Shown here in pieces: positions 26,812 to 36,664 of a stretch of 64,000 bases of DNA. The stretch lies in NCBI GenBank assembly GCA_038248855.1, contig JBBRXA010000005.1, forward strand, positions 22,930 through 86,929. The letters are read 5' to 3'. The first letter of the stretch is position 1, and each line of letters opens with the position of its first letter. Both the position numbers and the translations under genes were made by a program. Origin of the DNA: Bacteroidales bacterium (GTDB taxonomy: Bacteria; Bacteroidota; Bacteroidia; Bacteroidales; VadinHA17). Under the pieces are notes generated by a model. That model did no database searches. It was not told the DNA's origin and saw only the letters and a program-made list of their open reading frames with translations.

Positions 26812-27495
26812 TTGAAGAAGGTCATTTTAATAGGTGCTCTCATCGCATTTGCATGTCTCCGGGCTTCAGGTCAGGAAGAGCAGAATGTCAAATTCATCCA
26901 GATTGACGGTTTAACGATTGATGAGCACGGATCTCTGGTTCACGGTGTAAGCATCTGGTCAAGACAACTGCGCAGGGGAGCTGCCAGTGACAGCAGAGGA
27001 ATATTCTCGATTATAAGCATCCCGGGCGACACTGTCTTCTTCAGTGCAATTGGCTTCAAATCAACACTGCTTACAATACCCTCAAATCTCGCAGGAACAA
27101 ACTACATCACCGATGTTATAATGATTACTGACACAATCCTTATTGGTGAGGTTATGGTACTGCCTTGGAAAACCTACTCCGAGTTCAAACGAGCGGTACT
27201 TGAAAACAAGCCGGAGGACCCTATGATGAAGAACATGCAGTACAACCTGGCGCTGGTGGAGCAGCAGATATGGTCTGACATGCGTTCCACACCGGGACAG
27301 GGTTACAGATACAACATGCAGCAGATGTCAGATAACCTATATACGAAAGGCCAGGGACCTGTAAATAACCTTCTTAACCCAGTCTCCTGGACACGATTTA
27401 TAAGGGAAGTGAAAAGTGGACTTCTCAGGAACGAAAAAAGCACTTCTACAAAGAGGTCGAAGACAAAAATCAGGAAGAAAAAACCAGGTGACTGA
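26812..27495 (+). CDS. Carboxypeptidase-regulatory-like domain protein (secreted)
   Basis: TTG start and signal peptide LKKVILIGALIAFACLRASGQ. CarboxypepD_reg-like beta-sandwich pattern (GLTIDEHGSLVHGVSIWS...SRGIFSI). Its stop overlaps the next start (TGATG). Confidence 0.65.
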   Translation: MKKVILIGALIAFACLRASGQEEQNVKFIQIDGLTIDEHGSLVHGVSIWSRQLRRGAASDSRGIFSIISIPGDTVFFSAIGFKSTLLTIPSNLAGTNYITDVIMITDTILIGEVMVLPWKTYSEFKRAVLENKPEDPMMKNMQYNLALVEQQIWSDMRSTPGQGYRYNMQQMSDNLYTKGQGPVNNLLNPVSWTRFIREVKSGLLRNEKSTSTKRSKTKIRKKKPGD

Positions 27496-29927
27496 TGGAG
27501 CTGACATCCAGAATACCGGTTCTGTTCTTTGTCGTTTTACTTGCTGCCCTTCCGGTTGAAAAACTCAATGCTCAATCCGTTAAAATAAGAGGTACCGTTA
27601 CTGACAATTCCGGCATAGTCATACCCTTGGCAACCGTATATGCACCCGCAGTTAAGAAAGGTACCACCGCCGGGATGAACGGACAGTTCAGCCTGTATCT
27701 TCCAGGCGGACAGGAAAGGGTAATGATCCTGGTGTCCGGTATCGGATATATTACCGATACCCTCTTTGTGAGTCAGCGCTCCGGAGGAATTGAACTGAGC
27801 GTGAAACTAAAGAATGAGGTCGTCAGCATCGACGATGTAAATGTGATTGCTCCGCGTGTGAACAGGTCCGATTTCATTTCCGTTCCCGTGGCGGCCAGCG
27901 CTGTCATCCCTTCACTCTCAGGCGGTATCGAAGCTGTTGTGGTCACAATGCCGGGAGTATCATCATTCAGTGAACTTAGCTACCAGTATTCAGTGAGAGG
28001 AGGCAGTTATGACGAGAACCTAATCTATATAAATGACATAGAGATCTACAGACCTTACCTTGTCAGAACAGGCCAGCAGGAAGGACTCAGTCAGATAAAC
28101 CCTGATCTGGTTGCTTCAGTCAGGTTTTCTCCCGGAGGCTTTAACGCGACATACGGCGACAGGATGTCATCCGTTCTTGACATTCGGTACCGAAGGCCTG
28201 AAGCTTCTGAAGCTTCAGTTTCGCTCAGCATGCTCACCTCATCCGTACATGCCGGAGCCGTGGCCAAAGACGGGAAATTCTATTTTCTTGCAGGAGCAAG
28301 GTACCGTTCAACTGCAATCCCGCTGCGGAGCCCCGATGCCACCGGTCAATACAGACCTCTCTTCACTGATATACAGATCGTTGCAGGTTACAGTCTTAGA
28401 CCGTCATCAAAGCTTACCCTGACACTGTCAGCCAGTTCAAACAGGTATATGTTCGCCCCCGAGAGCCAGACAACAACTTTTGGCTCCGTCACCGCGGCCT
28501 ATAAACTGTTTGCATATTTCGAAGGAGAAGAGCGTGATAAATATGAAAATCTTAACGGCGCTCTGACATACAATAAGAGACACAGTGCGAATCATAATTC
28601 AACTGTTGTCATTGCCGGGCACCTTGGAGCCGAAAGGGAGAATTTTGACATTCGGGGAGCCTACAGTCTCAGCGCACTTGATGAAACGACAGGTTCCGAA
28701 AACAATCCGGACACTCTTATGAATATCGGAGTTGGCAGCTGGCTTTCACATGCCCGCAACTCGCTTACCTCAGAAATTGCATCCGTCATATACAGGGGTT
28801 CGCTCAGCGCCGGCAATAACTTTACCGAATGGGGATTGACGGAGAGATTCCGTCTCTACAGGTCGGTTGTAAACGAATGGGAAAGAGTCGATTCTGCCGG
28901 ATTCACTCTTTCAGATGATCCCTCGAAACTCGCCCTCACATCCTATGAATCTTCCAGGGCCAGTTTCAGAAGCTTTTCCTCCGGGGTGTTCATCAATAAC
29001 CGGACCCGGGTCGACTTTGCCGGTTTCAAATGGGAGTTCACGGCAGGAGTCAGGGCCGTCCTCGATTCATACAACAGCGAGATAATAATTTCTCCCAGAG
29101 TTTCCGCAACAGCGGAGCTTTCCGGATCGCTTTCCGCCCATATTTCCTTGGGTGCTTACAATCAGCCCCCGGGAGGCCGTGAGCTGATGAGACAAGCTGA
29201 AGGCGTCACCTCGGCACTGAAGGCACAGAGGTCATATCATCTGGAGACAGGTGCTGTTTACACATTCCGGGCCTGGGACAGGCCGTTCAGTCTTACTGCG
29301 GACTTATACGGGAAAAAAATGGAACGCATAATCCCGTACCGTGTAGACAATGTCAGGATGATTTATTACGGGGGAAATATTGCCAGAGGTTACACAGCGG
29401 GCCTCGATCTGAGAGTTAACGGGGAGTTTGTCGAGGGTACAGAATCATGGTTCAGTCTCTCGGTCATGAAATCGGAAATACACATCCCTTCATCTTCCAC
29501 ACGCTGGTTCCCCTCACCTCTTGATCAGAGAGTTAATCTCGACATATTCTTTCAGGATTATCTGCCGGGGCACCCCGACTTAAGGGCGCACGTCAATATT
29601 GTCTTCGGAACCGGCATCCCTGCATCTCCTCCGGGGAGAGACCCCTGGGAGATAAATTTCAGAATGCCGCCTTACAGGCGTATCGATATCGGATTTTCAA
29701 AGGTCCTCATTGGCGAAGTAAAGGGGTTCAGAATCGGGAGAAAAGACCTGGGATTCCGGGAGATGATAGCTGGTCTTGAGGTATTCAACCTTGCAGATAC
29801 CCGGAACACAATTTCCTACAACTGGATAAGGAGCGTGAGAAACAGCGAAGGTGTTTCCATAGAATATGCCGTACCGGTTTATCTTACCGGGAGAAGCCTG
29901 AATCTCAGACTCTCAGCCCGGTTCTGA
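27495..29927 (+). CDS. TonB-dependent-receptor-like outer-membrane protein
   Basis: 810 aa: signal peptide, CarboxypepD_reg N-terminal domain (IRGTVTDNSG...GMNGQFSL), a plug-like region, a long beta-barrel, and a C-terminus LRLSARF ending in Phe. Confidence 0.8.
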   Translation: MELTSRIPVLFFVVLLAALPVEKLNAQSVKIRGTVTDNSGIVIPLATVYAPAVKKGTTAGMNGQFSLYLPGGQERVMILVSGIGYITDTLFVSQRSGGIELSVKLKNEVVSIDDVNVIAPRVNRSDFISVPVAASAVIPSLSGGIEAVVVTMPGVSSFSELSYQYSVRGGSYDENLIYINDIEIYRPYLVRTGQQEGLSQINPDLVASVRFSPGGFNATYGDRMSSVLDIRYRRPEASEASVSLSMLTSSVHAGAVAKDGKFYFLAGARYRSTAIPLRSPDATGQYRPLFTDIQIVAGYSLRPSSKLTLTLSASSNRYMFAPESQTTTFGSVTAAYKLFAYFEGEERDKYENLNGALTYNKRHSANHNSTVVIAGHLGAERENFDIRGAYSLSALDETTGSENNPDTLMNIGVGSWLSHARNSLTSEIASVIYRGSLSAGNNFTEWGLTERFRLYRSVVNEWERVDSAGFTLSDDPSKLALTSYESSRASFRSFSSGVFINNRTRVDFAGFKWEFTAGVRAVLDSYNSEIIISPRVSATAELSGSLSAHISLGAYNQPPGGRELMRQAEGVTSALKAQRSYHLETGAVYTFRAWDRPFSLTADLYGKKMERIIPYRVDNVRMIYYGGNIARGYTAGLDLRVNGEFVEGTESWFSLSVMKSEIHIPSSSTRWFPSPLDQRVNLDIFFQDYLPGHPDLRAHVNIVFGTGIPASPPGRDPWEINFRMPPYRRIDIGFSKVLIGEVKGFRIGRKDLGFREMIAGLEVFNLADTRNTISYNWIRSVRNSEGVSIEYAVPVYLTGRSLNLRLSARF

Positions 29928-29931
29928 CCGG

Positions 29932-30885
29932 TCAGAGAAACCTGTTGATTGCAAGCATAACCAGTGGCAGGGTAATTAAACTCACCAGGGTTGAGACAAA
30001 GACGTTCGCTACAGCCAGCTGATCATCAGCGCCCAATTCTTTGGACATGATAACTACGCTTGCCATGCATGGCATTGATGCTTCGAGTATTATTACCGCC
30101 GTGACCAGGCTGTCAGGCAGGAATCCTGTCACTGATGCCAACAGGGCAAAAAGGGACACAAGCAGGGCAGGTACCAGAACCAGCCTGTTAAAACTGAGTA
30201 TATAGATTATCTTTCTTCCGATGAGACCCTTAACATCCGAAAAATACATCATTGCACCAATATAAAGCATTGATAACCATGTATTAGCTGACCCTAGTGC
30301 AGAGAATGGAGTCATTATGACAGACGGAAGCTTCACAGAAAACAGGAAGAAAAAAAGGCCGATCAAGGTAGCTATCGTATTCGGATTGATGATCCTTGAA
30401 AGGCTTTTCTGCCATGATTTTCCATTTCCGTGACTGAGTACCACCACTCCCACCGTCCACATTATAATGTTCGATACTAGCTGGAACATACTTGCATAGA
30501 GTAGTCCTTCTTCCCCGTAAAGGGCCGTAATAAGCGGGAATCCGAGGAAAATAATGTTTCCGAACATCGAATGAGCCTTGAAAACAGCAGCTTCCCTGCC
30601 TTTCATCTTCACAACTCTGGTTGTCAGCCATCCCAACAGGAGCATAAAGAGAATTAATATTCCGGAGACTACGAGAACAATCCCGCTGTTGGCCAGAAGT
30701 CTTGGAGTAGCGTCAAGTCTCAGGAAATTTGTAAACAGCATCAGGGGAAGCGAGATGTTGAATATGACCTTGGAAAGCATATCCTTCGACTCGCGGGTTA
30801 TCACCTTGAACCTGGCGGAGACGGCACCAATAAGTACCACTATTGCCAGGATGACAATCTGTGAAATAATGATTTCCGTCTCCAT
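29932..30885 (-). CDS. AEC-family (auxin efflux carrier-like) transporter
   Basis: 317-aa protein of about 10 TM segments with the typical two-halves AEC topology. Confidence 0.7.
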   Translation of the reverse strand: METEIIISQIVILAIVVLIGAVSARFKVITRESKDMLSKVIFNISLPLMLFTNFLRLDATPRLLANSGIVLVVSGILILFMLLLGWLTTRVVKMKGREAAVFKAHSMFGNIIFLGFPLITALYGEEGLLYASMFQLVSNIIMWTVGVVVLSHGNGKSWQKSLSRIINPNTIATLIGLFFFLFSVKLPSVIMTPFSALGSANTWLSMLYIGAMMYFSDVKGLIGRKIIYILSFNRLVLVPALLVSLFALLASVTGFLPDSLVTAVIILEASMPCMASVVIMSKELGADDQLAVANVFVSTLVSLITLPLVMLAINRFL

Positions 30886-30945
30886 TTAAAGCTATTTTCG
30901 CAGGAATGAGGGAGTAAAAGTAATAATTTATAATTTCGTACCCTG

Positions 30946-31686
30946 ATGAACAGGTTTGAAATCATTTTTACGGCCGTGATGGCAACGATCGTTGTGCATC
31001 TCCTTTTCGCGGTGGTTTTCATGTCCATAAAAGTCTCGGCGATGAAGCGGGAACTTGCTGCCGAGATAATCCTTGACATGGAGGAAGATATCCCTGAAGA
31101 GGATATTAAGAAGGCCATTGAGCTTTCAAAGGATGACTTCGCCGGTAATGTCTCGGCTGAGGAGATGGTCAACATCATCAAGAATCTTGCTGATAAGCCG
31201 ATAGACATTGATCCGAAAGAGTACCAGGATATGATCAAGGAAGAGCTTATCAAAAGCGGAATGCTGAACGAGAAGAACTTCATCGATGATGAAAAGATGG
31301 CCGAGGAGGCCGGTAAAGAGGAGATACCTATTCCGAAGCAGGAGGTCAAACCCAAGGTAACTGTAAAAAAGGAGAGCGCGGCTGAGAAAGGCACCTTCAG
31401 AGGACCCACCCGGATTTTTTACGAGCTGGCGGGCAGACATCACGTCTTTCTTCCGATTCCCATTTACAAGTGCGAGGGTGCAGGACAAATTACACTCACA
31501 ATTGAGGTTGACAGAAACGGAAATGTAATTAAAGCGGAACCTGCCAGCTCACTTTCGACCACCTCTGATGCCTGTCTGACTGAAACGGCTGTGAATCATG
31601 CTTTGAGGACAAAATTTAATTCAGACCTCAGTGCACCGTTAAAACAGGCAGGATTTCTGACATTTGTCTTTGTTTCCCAGCGTTGA
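30946..31686 (+). CDS. TonB-like energy-transducer family protein
   Basis: N-terminal TM anchor, an acidic/Lys-rich linker, and a C-terminal TonB_C-like segment (GAGQITLTIEVDRNGNVIKAEP...). Confidence 0.55.
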   Translation: MNRFEIIFTAVMATIVVHLLFAVVFMSIKVSAMKRELAAEIILDMEEDIPEEDIKKAIELSKDDFAGNVSAEEMVNIIKNLADKPIDIDPKEYQDMIKEELIKSGMLNEKNFIDDEKMAEEAGKEEIPIPKQEVKPKVTVKKESAAEKGTFRGPTRIFYELAGRHHVFLPIPIYKCEGAGQITLTIEVDRNGNVIKAEPASSLSTTSDACLTETAVNHALRTKFNSDLSAPLKQAGFLTFVFVSQR

Positions 31687-31690
31687 ATTT

Positions 31691-32413
31691 TCAGAAGAGT
31701 GTACCCTGCACAGGATAATTGTACGGTTTTACCAGCTCAGGCCGGTTGCGGTCTCCTTTAGAATTGGTAATCAGTGGACTGATTGTATGGGCAGTTAGCA
31801 ATTCTGATGCTACCGGCTCCATCAGTGGAATGGCTGATGCTTTTGCAAGATCTTTCTTTAACCACAGTTTTTCAACTGATGCCGGGAGAATGACAGGCAT
31901 CCTTTTCTTTGTGTTGTGAATCTCAGACATCAATTCATTTGCCCGTGTGGTTACTATTGAAAATGTACTGACGGTGACCCCTCCCTTAATCTTCCAGGAA
32001 TCCCAGATACCGGCAAGAGAGAATATCTCCTCCTCCTGAAGTTGGATGTACCACGGTATCTTCCTGCCACCAATGTGCTGCCATTCAAAGAAGCCGCACA
32101 CAGGTATCAGGCAGCGCCTGGAAACAAATGATTCCCTGAAGGCCGGCTTCAGGTCTATTGTCTCAGAGCGGGCATTGAAGGTCTTGAGCCTCATCTCCTC
32201 AGCCTCAGCCTCATCGGCAGCCCAGGAAGGTATCAGTCCCCATTGCATAAGACGGATCTCCGAAGTGTTGTCTGAACAAATCACTGGCAGGTAAGGAAAG
32301 CTGTGGGCATGGTAATAATAGCTCGGACGGTATTTATCAGGATCCAGAAGTCCTGCCCCGTAACGCTTCTCAAGCTCTTCCTTTACAATATTTACATTAA
32401 CAGTAAAGCACAC
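31691..32413 (-). CDS. SOS-response-associated peptidase (SRAP/YedK family, abasic-site processing)
   Basis: GTG start followed by the catalytic Cys2 (MCFTV...). SRAP patterns TFNARSETI and GFFEWQ. Confidence 0.8.
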   Translation of the reverse strand: MCFTVNVNIVKEELEKRYGAGLLDPDKYRPSYYYHAHSFPYLPVICSDNTSEIRLMQWGLIPSWAADEAEAEEMRLKTFNARSETIDLKPAFRESFVSRRCLIPVCGFFEWQHIGGRKIPWYIQLQEEEIFSLAGIWDSWKIKGGVTVSTFSIVTTRANELMSEIHNTKKRMPVILPASVEKLWLKKDLAKASAIPLMEPVASELLTAHTISPLITNSKGDRNRPELVKPYNYPVQGTLF

Positions 32414-32485
32414 TTAGCTTAAACCTTAATCTTAACCATAAACCAAACCTTTGTCTTTGTCTTTATCTCAGCCTCAGCCCTGGCC
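32414..32485. repeat. Hexamer-periodic low-complexity spacer
   Basis: Successive hexamers read ttagct taaacc ttaatc ttaacc ataaac caaacc tttgtc tttgtc tttatc tcagcc tcagcc ctggcc. A strict 6-bp register runs across the whole intergenic region. Confidence 0.8.
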
Positions 32486-33784
32486 TCACTTCCCTAGCGG
32501 GACCGGCAATGAATAACTGAACAGGTCCTTTTCGGGCCAGTTTCCAACTCTCTGAATGAATTTCGACATCATGTTATCTATGTCGGAGGATAACGCCGGT
32601 CCGTTCCATGCACTCGTGTTAAGAAGTACCACCCACGCAGTGCCGTCAGGCATTCTTTTCATCATGGCGGAAGAGCCCGGAAAAGAGCCTGTACGCCACC
32701 ATACACCGTTTGGCAGTGCCGCTCTCCATCCTACCGGTGCGTAACCGTTGCGGATATCGGTCATGAATTCTATGCTGGCTGCGGAAATAATGTCTTTACA
32801 GTTGTCAAAGCCGTCAACAGCCAGCAGAAGGCGCATAAGGTCAGGTGCTGTGGCAATCCATGCACCTGCGGCGCCAAGGGTTTCAATGTCATTTCCGCCG
32901 TAACTTGACATCATCATCTCACCGGTACCGTATACAGAAGGTTTGGGTCTGGCATCGGATACCTCGTAGTATGAGACTTCATAGGGCAGCTTTTCATCCG
33001 GAAGGTTATGACCGAGAGACATGTCAAAAATACCCAGGGGATGCAGTATGTTTTCAACGCAATAATCTTCATAACTCATGCCGGTCACTTTTTCAATGAC
33101 AAGGCCCAGTATGGCATAACCCAGGTTGGAATATGACTGACCAGCACCGGGAGTGAAATGCATGCTTTTGCCTAATGCGAATCTCACTATCGTTTTGGTA
33201 TCAACCGGAAGCGGTACTCCCATTGACTGCGCTACCACCTGCGGCATGAACATCTGATCACCGTAGCGCTGCGTCCAGCCACCCTTATGACCAAGAAGAT
33301 GGCCTACAGTAATATCGAAAGCCCTTTTATCCTTTGGATTTGAAAAAGCCGTATCAGTAAGGATGCCTCCGGGGCCAAAAACCTGGTCATTGACTGACAG
33401 TTTACCTTCTTCGTGCAGTTTCATGACGGCGATTGCAGTCACCAGTTTGGAGATGCTTGCGATCCTGAAGCGGTGATATGGTTCGACGGGAACTGAATCT
33501 GTAAGGGAGGCGTACCCAAAACCGCGTGCATATACCAGTCTGCCGTCACGTGCCACTGCAATTGACGCCCCTTTCAGGTCATAGGTCCTCATGAACCATT
33601 CCACGCCTTGCTCGGAAGTTACGAACAATTCACTGTCATTCAGGGAATTATTCACGCGTGTATTGGCCGGTACGAAAATATGGCTGACAAGCCGTGCCTT
33701 CTCGGTGCCAACAGGAGACACTGCTGCAATCAGAAGGATCACTGCAACAATAACAATACGTATTTCTTTGGTCGGTAAACCCAT
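32486..33784 (-). CDS. Serine hydrolase, class-C beta-lactamase / PBP4*-like family
   Basis: 432 aa with an N-terminal anchor or signal and the SxxK motif in RIASISKLVT. Confidence 0.8.
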   Translation of the reverse strand: MGLPTKEIRIVIVAVILLIAAVSPVGTEKARLVSHIFVPANTRVNNSLNDSELFVTSEQGVEWFMRTYDLKGASIAVARDGRLVYARGFGYASLTDSVPVEPYHRFRIASISKLVTAIAVMKLHEEGKLSVNDQVFGPGGILTDTAFSNPKDKRAFDITVGHLLGHKGGWTQRYGDQMFMPQVVAQSMGVPLPVDTKTIVRFALGKSMHFTPGAGQSYSNLGYAILGLVIEKVTGMSYEDYCVENILHPLGIFDMSLGHNLPDEKLPYEVSYYEVSDARPKPSVYGTGEMMMSSYGGNDIETLGAAGAWIATAPDLMRLLLAVDGFDNCKDIISAASIEFMTDIRNGYAPVGWRAALPNGVWWRTGSFPGSSAMMKRMPDGTAWVVLLNTSAWNGPALSSDIDNMMSKFIQRVGNWPEKDLFSYSLPVPLGK

Positions 33785-33924
33785 TAAGCCTCAGAATTTT
33801 ATTTTACCCGCACAAAAATAAGATTTTAGAAATTCGCCGGCAAGTTAAATAATTCTAATTCTCAACTGCAGAAAAAAAATATCAACAATGCTGTAAGTGC
33901 CGAAAAGTCGGGTAAATTTGTAAT

Positions 33925-35442
33925 ATGAGCGGTGGCATTAAAAAAACTGTTATCTCCGTTTTCATCATTTCGATGGGATTTTCGCTGCATGCCCAGGAAT
34001 GTTTGACTCAAGGAGATTCACTTACCATCGAGGCCATAGTAAACAGGATTAAAACATTACTGGCAGAGTATAATGAGAATCCGGTTGATCCTGACACATC
34101 CGATTATGAACACTATTATACAGATGCTGTTGACATTAACCTGCAGATTGCCTCATTAAAAGGTGACTGTAACGAGATCCTCAGACTGATGGCTAAAGGT
34201 GCTGATGTAAACAATTTCATCGGTAAGAATGCCAGGCCACTGCAATATGCAGTGGCTGAAGGGAAAAAACCTGCTGCAGAGATTCTCCTTCTGCTCGGCG
34301 CCTCTCCTGACCTGACTGACTATTACGGTAATACGCCGCTCATTGTTGCAGTCAGGGCCAATAACTTGGAAATTTCAGAGTTGCTCATCAGATACGGAGC
34401 CGGAATCACTGTCGGTGATAATAAAGGATCAACGCCGCTACACCATTCGGCGGCACTTGGATTTTTCTACCTGGCGGATATGCTTCTGTACTACGAATCA
34501 CCCATGGAAGTATACGACGCAGAGGGAAACACCCCACTCATGATATCTGTGTGGGCCGGATACCATGATATCACGGATCTCCTGCTGAGTGCCGGGACAG
34601 ATCCGAATGCAGCTGACAAAAAAGGCTTTACGCCCCTTATGATGGCAGCCCAGAACGGTGATACACTTATGCTCCGTCTGCTCCTCGACAACGGTGCCGA
34701 TCTTTATGCCACCAACAGTGACGGTCTGAATGCATTAAGCACTGCCACACGTAACGGCAGAAAAGATGCAGTTGTATTTCTGCTTGAAAACGGTAGCATA
34801 TGGGAGCTCAAGTCAGATGCTAAAATGAATCCTGTAAATATCGCAAGAATATACGGCCACGATGATCTTATTCCTCTGCTCATTGATAAGGGATTAGAAG
34901 CGGCAGGGGTGTTTGCCTTTGAGGAGCTTGTCTTGTATGCCGGTGGAATGGCCACTACACATCATGCTCTTATTTCCGGAAGCGTCTCTCTGAGGGAACC
35001 AAGAATGAAAGCAGGGATAACAGCAGGTGCTGACTTTAATCCGGTAAACGCAAAACTGCTTGTGAAACAGGGAGATAATCTTTTCTACCAGTACAGGGTA
35101 ACGACTTCCGTAATTTATGCCGGAATCTTTAAGGAGTTTAGTTTGGCACAGACACTGTCTGACGCCAGGTGGAGTCTTGTCACATCTCTTACTGCAGGAT
35201 GGCGAATATATTCCTTCTATGAAGGTACCAGGCAAAAACCCGGAGAAAACTTCTGTATCATCCCCTCGGCAAGGATAGAGTGGACAAAAAACCACATCGG
35301 AATGAAAGCCGGAGTAAGCTATATCAACATGCCTTTTTACAAAGTGCCGCCAATATGGGTTAGTCTCGGATGTTCATTTAACCTCTACAGGGAAATACCC
35401 CGCGCCGCTGGCAAAAAAGTAAGACTGTATTCCTATGATTAG
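33925..35442 (+). CDS. Secreted ankyrin-repeat protein with a non-ankyrin C-terminal domain
   Basis: Signal peptide (…GFSLHAQE). About 7 ankyrin repeats (recurrent GxTPLxxAxxxGxxxxxxLLLxxGAD). The C-terminal ~170 aa has an alternating beta-strand-like pattern. Confidence 0.8.
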   Translation: MSGGIKKTVISVFIISMGFSLHAQECLTQGDSLTIEAIVNRIKTLLAEYNENPVDPDTSDYEHYYTDAVDINLQIASLKGDCNEILRLMAKGADVNNFIGKNARPLQYAVAEGKKPAAEILLLLGASPDLTDYYGNTPLIVAVRANNLEISELLIRYGAGITVGDNKGSTPLHHSAALGFFYLADMLLYYESPMEVYDAEGNTPLMISVWAGYHDITDLLLSAGTDPNAADKKGFTPLMMAAQNGDTLMLRLLLDNGADLYATNSDGLNALSTATRNGRKDAVVFLLENGSIWELKSDAKMNPVNIARIYGHDDLIPLLIDKGLEAAGVFAFEELVLYAGGMATTHHALISGSVSLREPRMKAGITAGADFNPVNAKLLVKQGDNLFYQYRVTTSVIYAGIFKEFSLAQTLSDARWSLVTSLTAGWRIYSFYEGTRQKPGENFCIIPSARIEWTKNHIGMKAGVSYINMPFYKVPPIWVSLGCSFNLYREIPRAAGKKVRLYSYD

Positions 35443-35854
35443 ACCCGTTTACTTTATATCATTACTTTTTCTTCTTTTCTTCTCCTGCGAAGACGGATTC
35501 GTGACAGACTGCAGGAAATGTACCGAAGGAGGAACCGGGGATGTGCAGCTTGAATTAATTCTCGGAGGATCTCCTGTATATGAACCGTTTTACAAAACAG
35601 TCACGATCTATGAAGGGGCGATCGAAGACAGTCTCATATTAAATAAATTCGGCACTGAGCTGGCTTATATGACTATTGATGCCATGCTTTACAAAAATTA
35701 CACAGTGACCCTGAGTTTTGTAATCAGTGGAAAAAACTACACCATCGTCGATGCCGCTTGTCCGAAGGTCCGGTATGACGAATCATCCTGTGATCAGCCG
35801 TGCTATTACATTTATGACAACGTTGCCGATCTAAGGCTGCGCTATGGCAAATAG
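35435..35854 (+). CDS. Hypothetical lipoprotein
   Basis: 139 aa with lipobox LLFFSCEDG. It overlaps the ankyrin gene stop by 8 nt. Confidence 0.55.
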   Translation: MIRPVYFISLLFLLFFSCEDGFVTDCRKCTEGGTGDVQLELILGGSPVYEPFYKTVTIYEGAIEDSLILNKFGTELAYMTIDAMLYKNYTVTLSFVISGKNYTIVDAACPKVRYDESSCDQPCYYIYDNVADLRLRYGK

Positions 35855-35868
35855 GTAAACCCGGTGTT

Positions 35869-36639
35869 TCAGATCCTGAGAGTGAGCAGTATATGGCGAA
35901 GTTCATTCGGGGTTATGTCCTCGTGAATCTTTCCTCCGTCAGCCACCGATATTTTACCCCTCTCTTCCGAGACAATTATGACAACTGCATCACTTTGTTC
36001 ACTCAGGCCAATTGCTGCCCTGTGCCTCATTCCGAATTTCGCCGGAAGCCCTGTCTGGTCAGTCGAGGGCAACGGACAACGGGCAGCGAATATCTTGCCG
36101 TTCTGAATAATTACAGCCCCGTCATGCAGCGGTGACCCTTTATAAAAAATGGTTTTCAGCAATTCATCGGTGATCAGGGCATTGAGCAGTTCACCTCCCT
36201 CAGAATAAATGTCAAGGAGACTTGTCCTGCTGATTGCAATCAGGGCCCCGGTGTGGGTACGTGCCATAACCTCCGCAGCCCTGACAATCTCCTCAGCAGT
36301 CTGACTGACATCCTGATCCACCACCCCCGAAGGAAAGTATTTGTCAAAAGAGAAGCGGTTCCTGCTCATATACCTGTTTCCGATGGAAAGCAGAAAACGG
36401 CGTATCTCCTGCTGAAAGACTATGATGAGTGCGATAACCCCTACCCCGATAACCTGACCCAGAAGGGCGCTGATCAATTCCATATTCAGAGCCTTGACAA
36501 CGAGCCAGAAAAGGTAAACGAAGAAAATCCCGATTGAAATGCTGAAGGCAGCAGTTCCCCTGATAAGTCGGTATAATTGGTAGAGTATGGTCGCTACCAT
36601 TACTATATCTACAATATCGAGGACGGTGATTTTAAACAT
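35869..36639 (-). CDS. cdaA: Diadenylate cyclase (c-di-AMP synthase)
   Basis: Three N-terminal TM segments plus DisA_N motifs GALIAISR, LHDGAVII and GMRHRAAIGLSEQSDAVVIIVSEERG. I prefer the start MFKITVLD at 36639 to the track start at 36711. Confidence 0.9.
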   Translation of the reverse strand: MFKITVLDIVDIVMVATILYQLYRLIRGTAAFSISIGIFFVYLFWLVVKALNMELISALLGQVIGVGVIALIIVFQQEIRRFLLSIGNRYMSRNRFSFDKYFPSGVVDQDVSQTAEEIVRAAEVMARTHTGALIAISRTSLLDIYSEGGELLNALITDELLKTIFYKGSPLHDGAVIIQNGKIFAARCPLPSTDQTGLPAKFGMRHRAAIGLSEQSDAVVIIVSEERGKISVADGGKIHEDITPNELRHILLTLRI

Positions 36640-36664
36640 TGGATTATGTGAGGTCCGGACAAAT

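Noticed and set aside
30840-31409. 189-aa Ser-rich minus-strand ORF (and 31126..31488) opposite the TonB-like gene.
   Set aside because: It is an antisense artefact of the Glu/Lys-rich linker (GAA/AAG repeats read as Ser/Phe/Leu on the other strand). The TonB-like frame has a TM anchor and a C-terminal domain.
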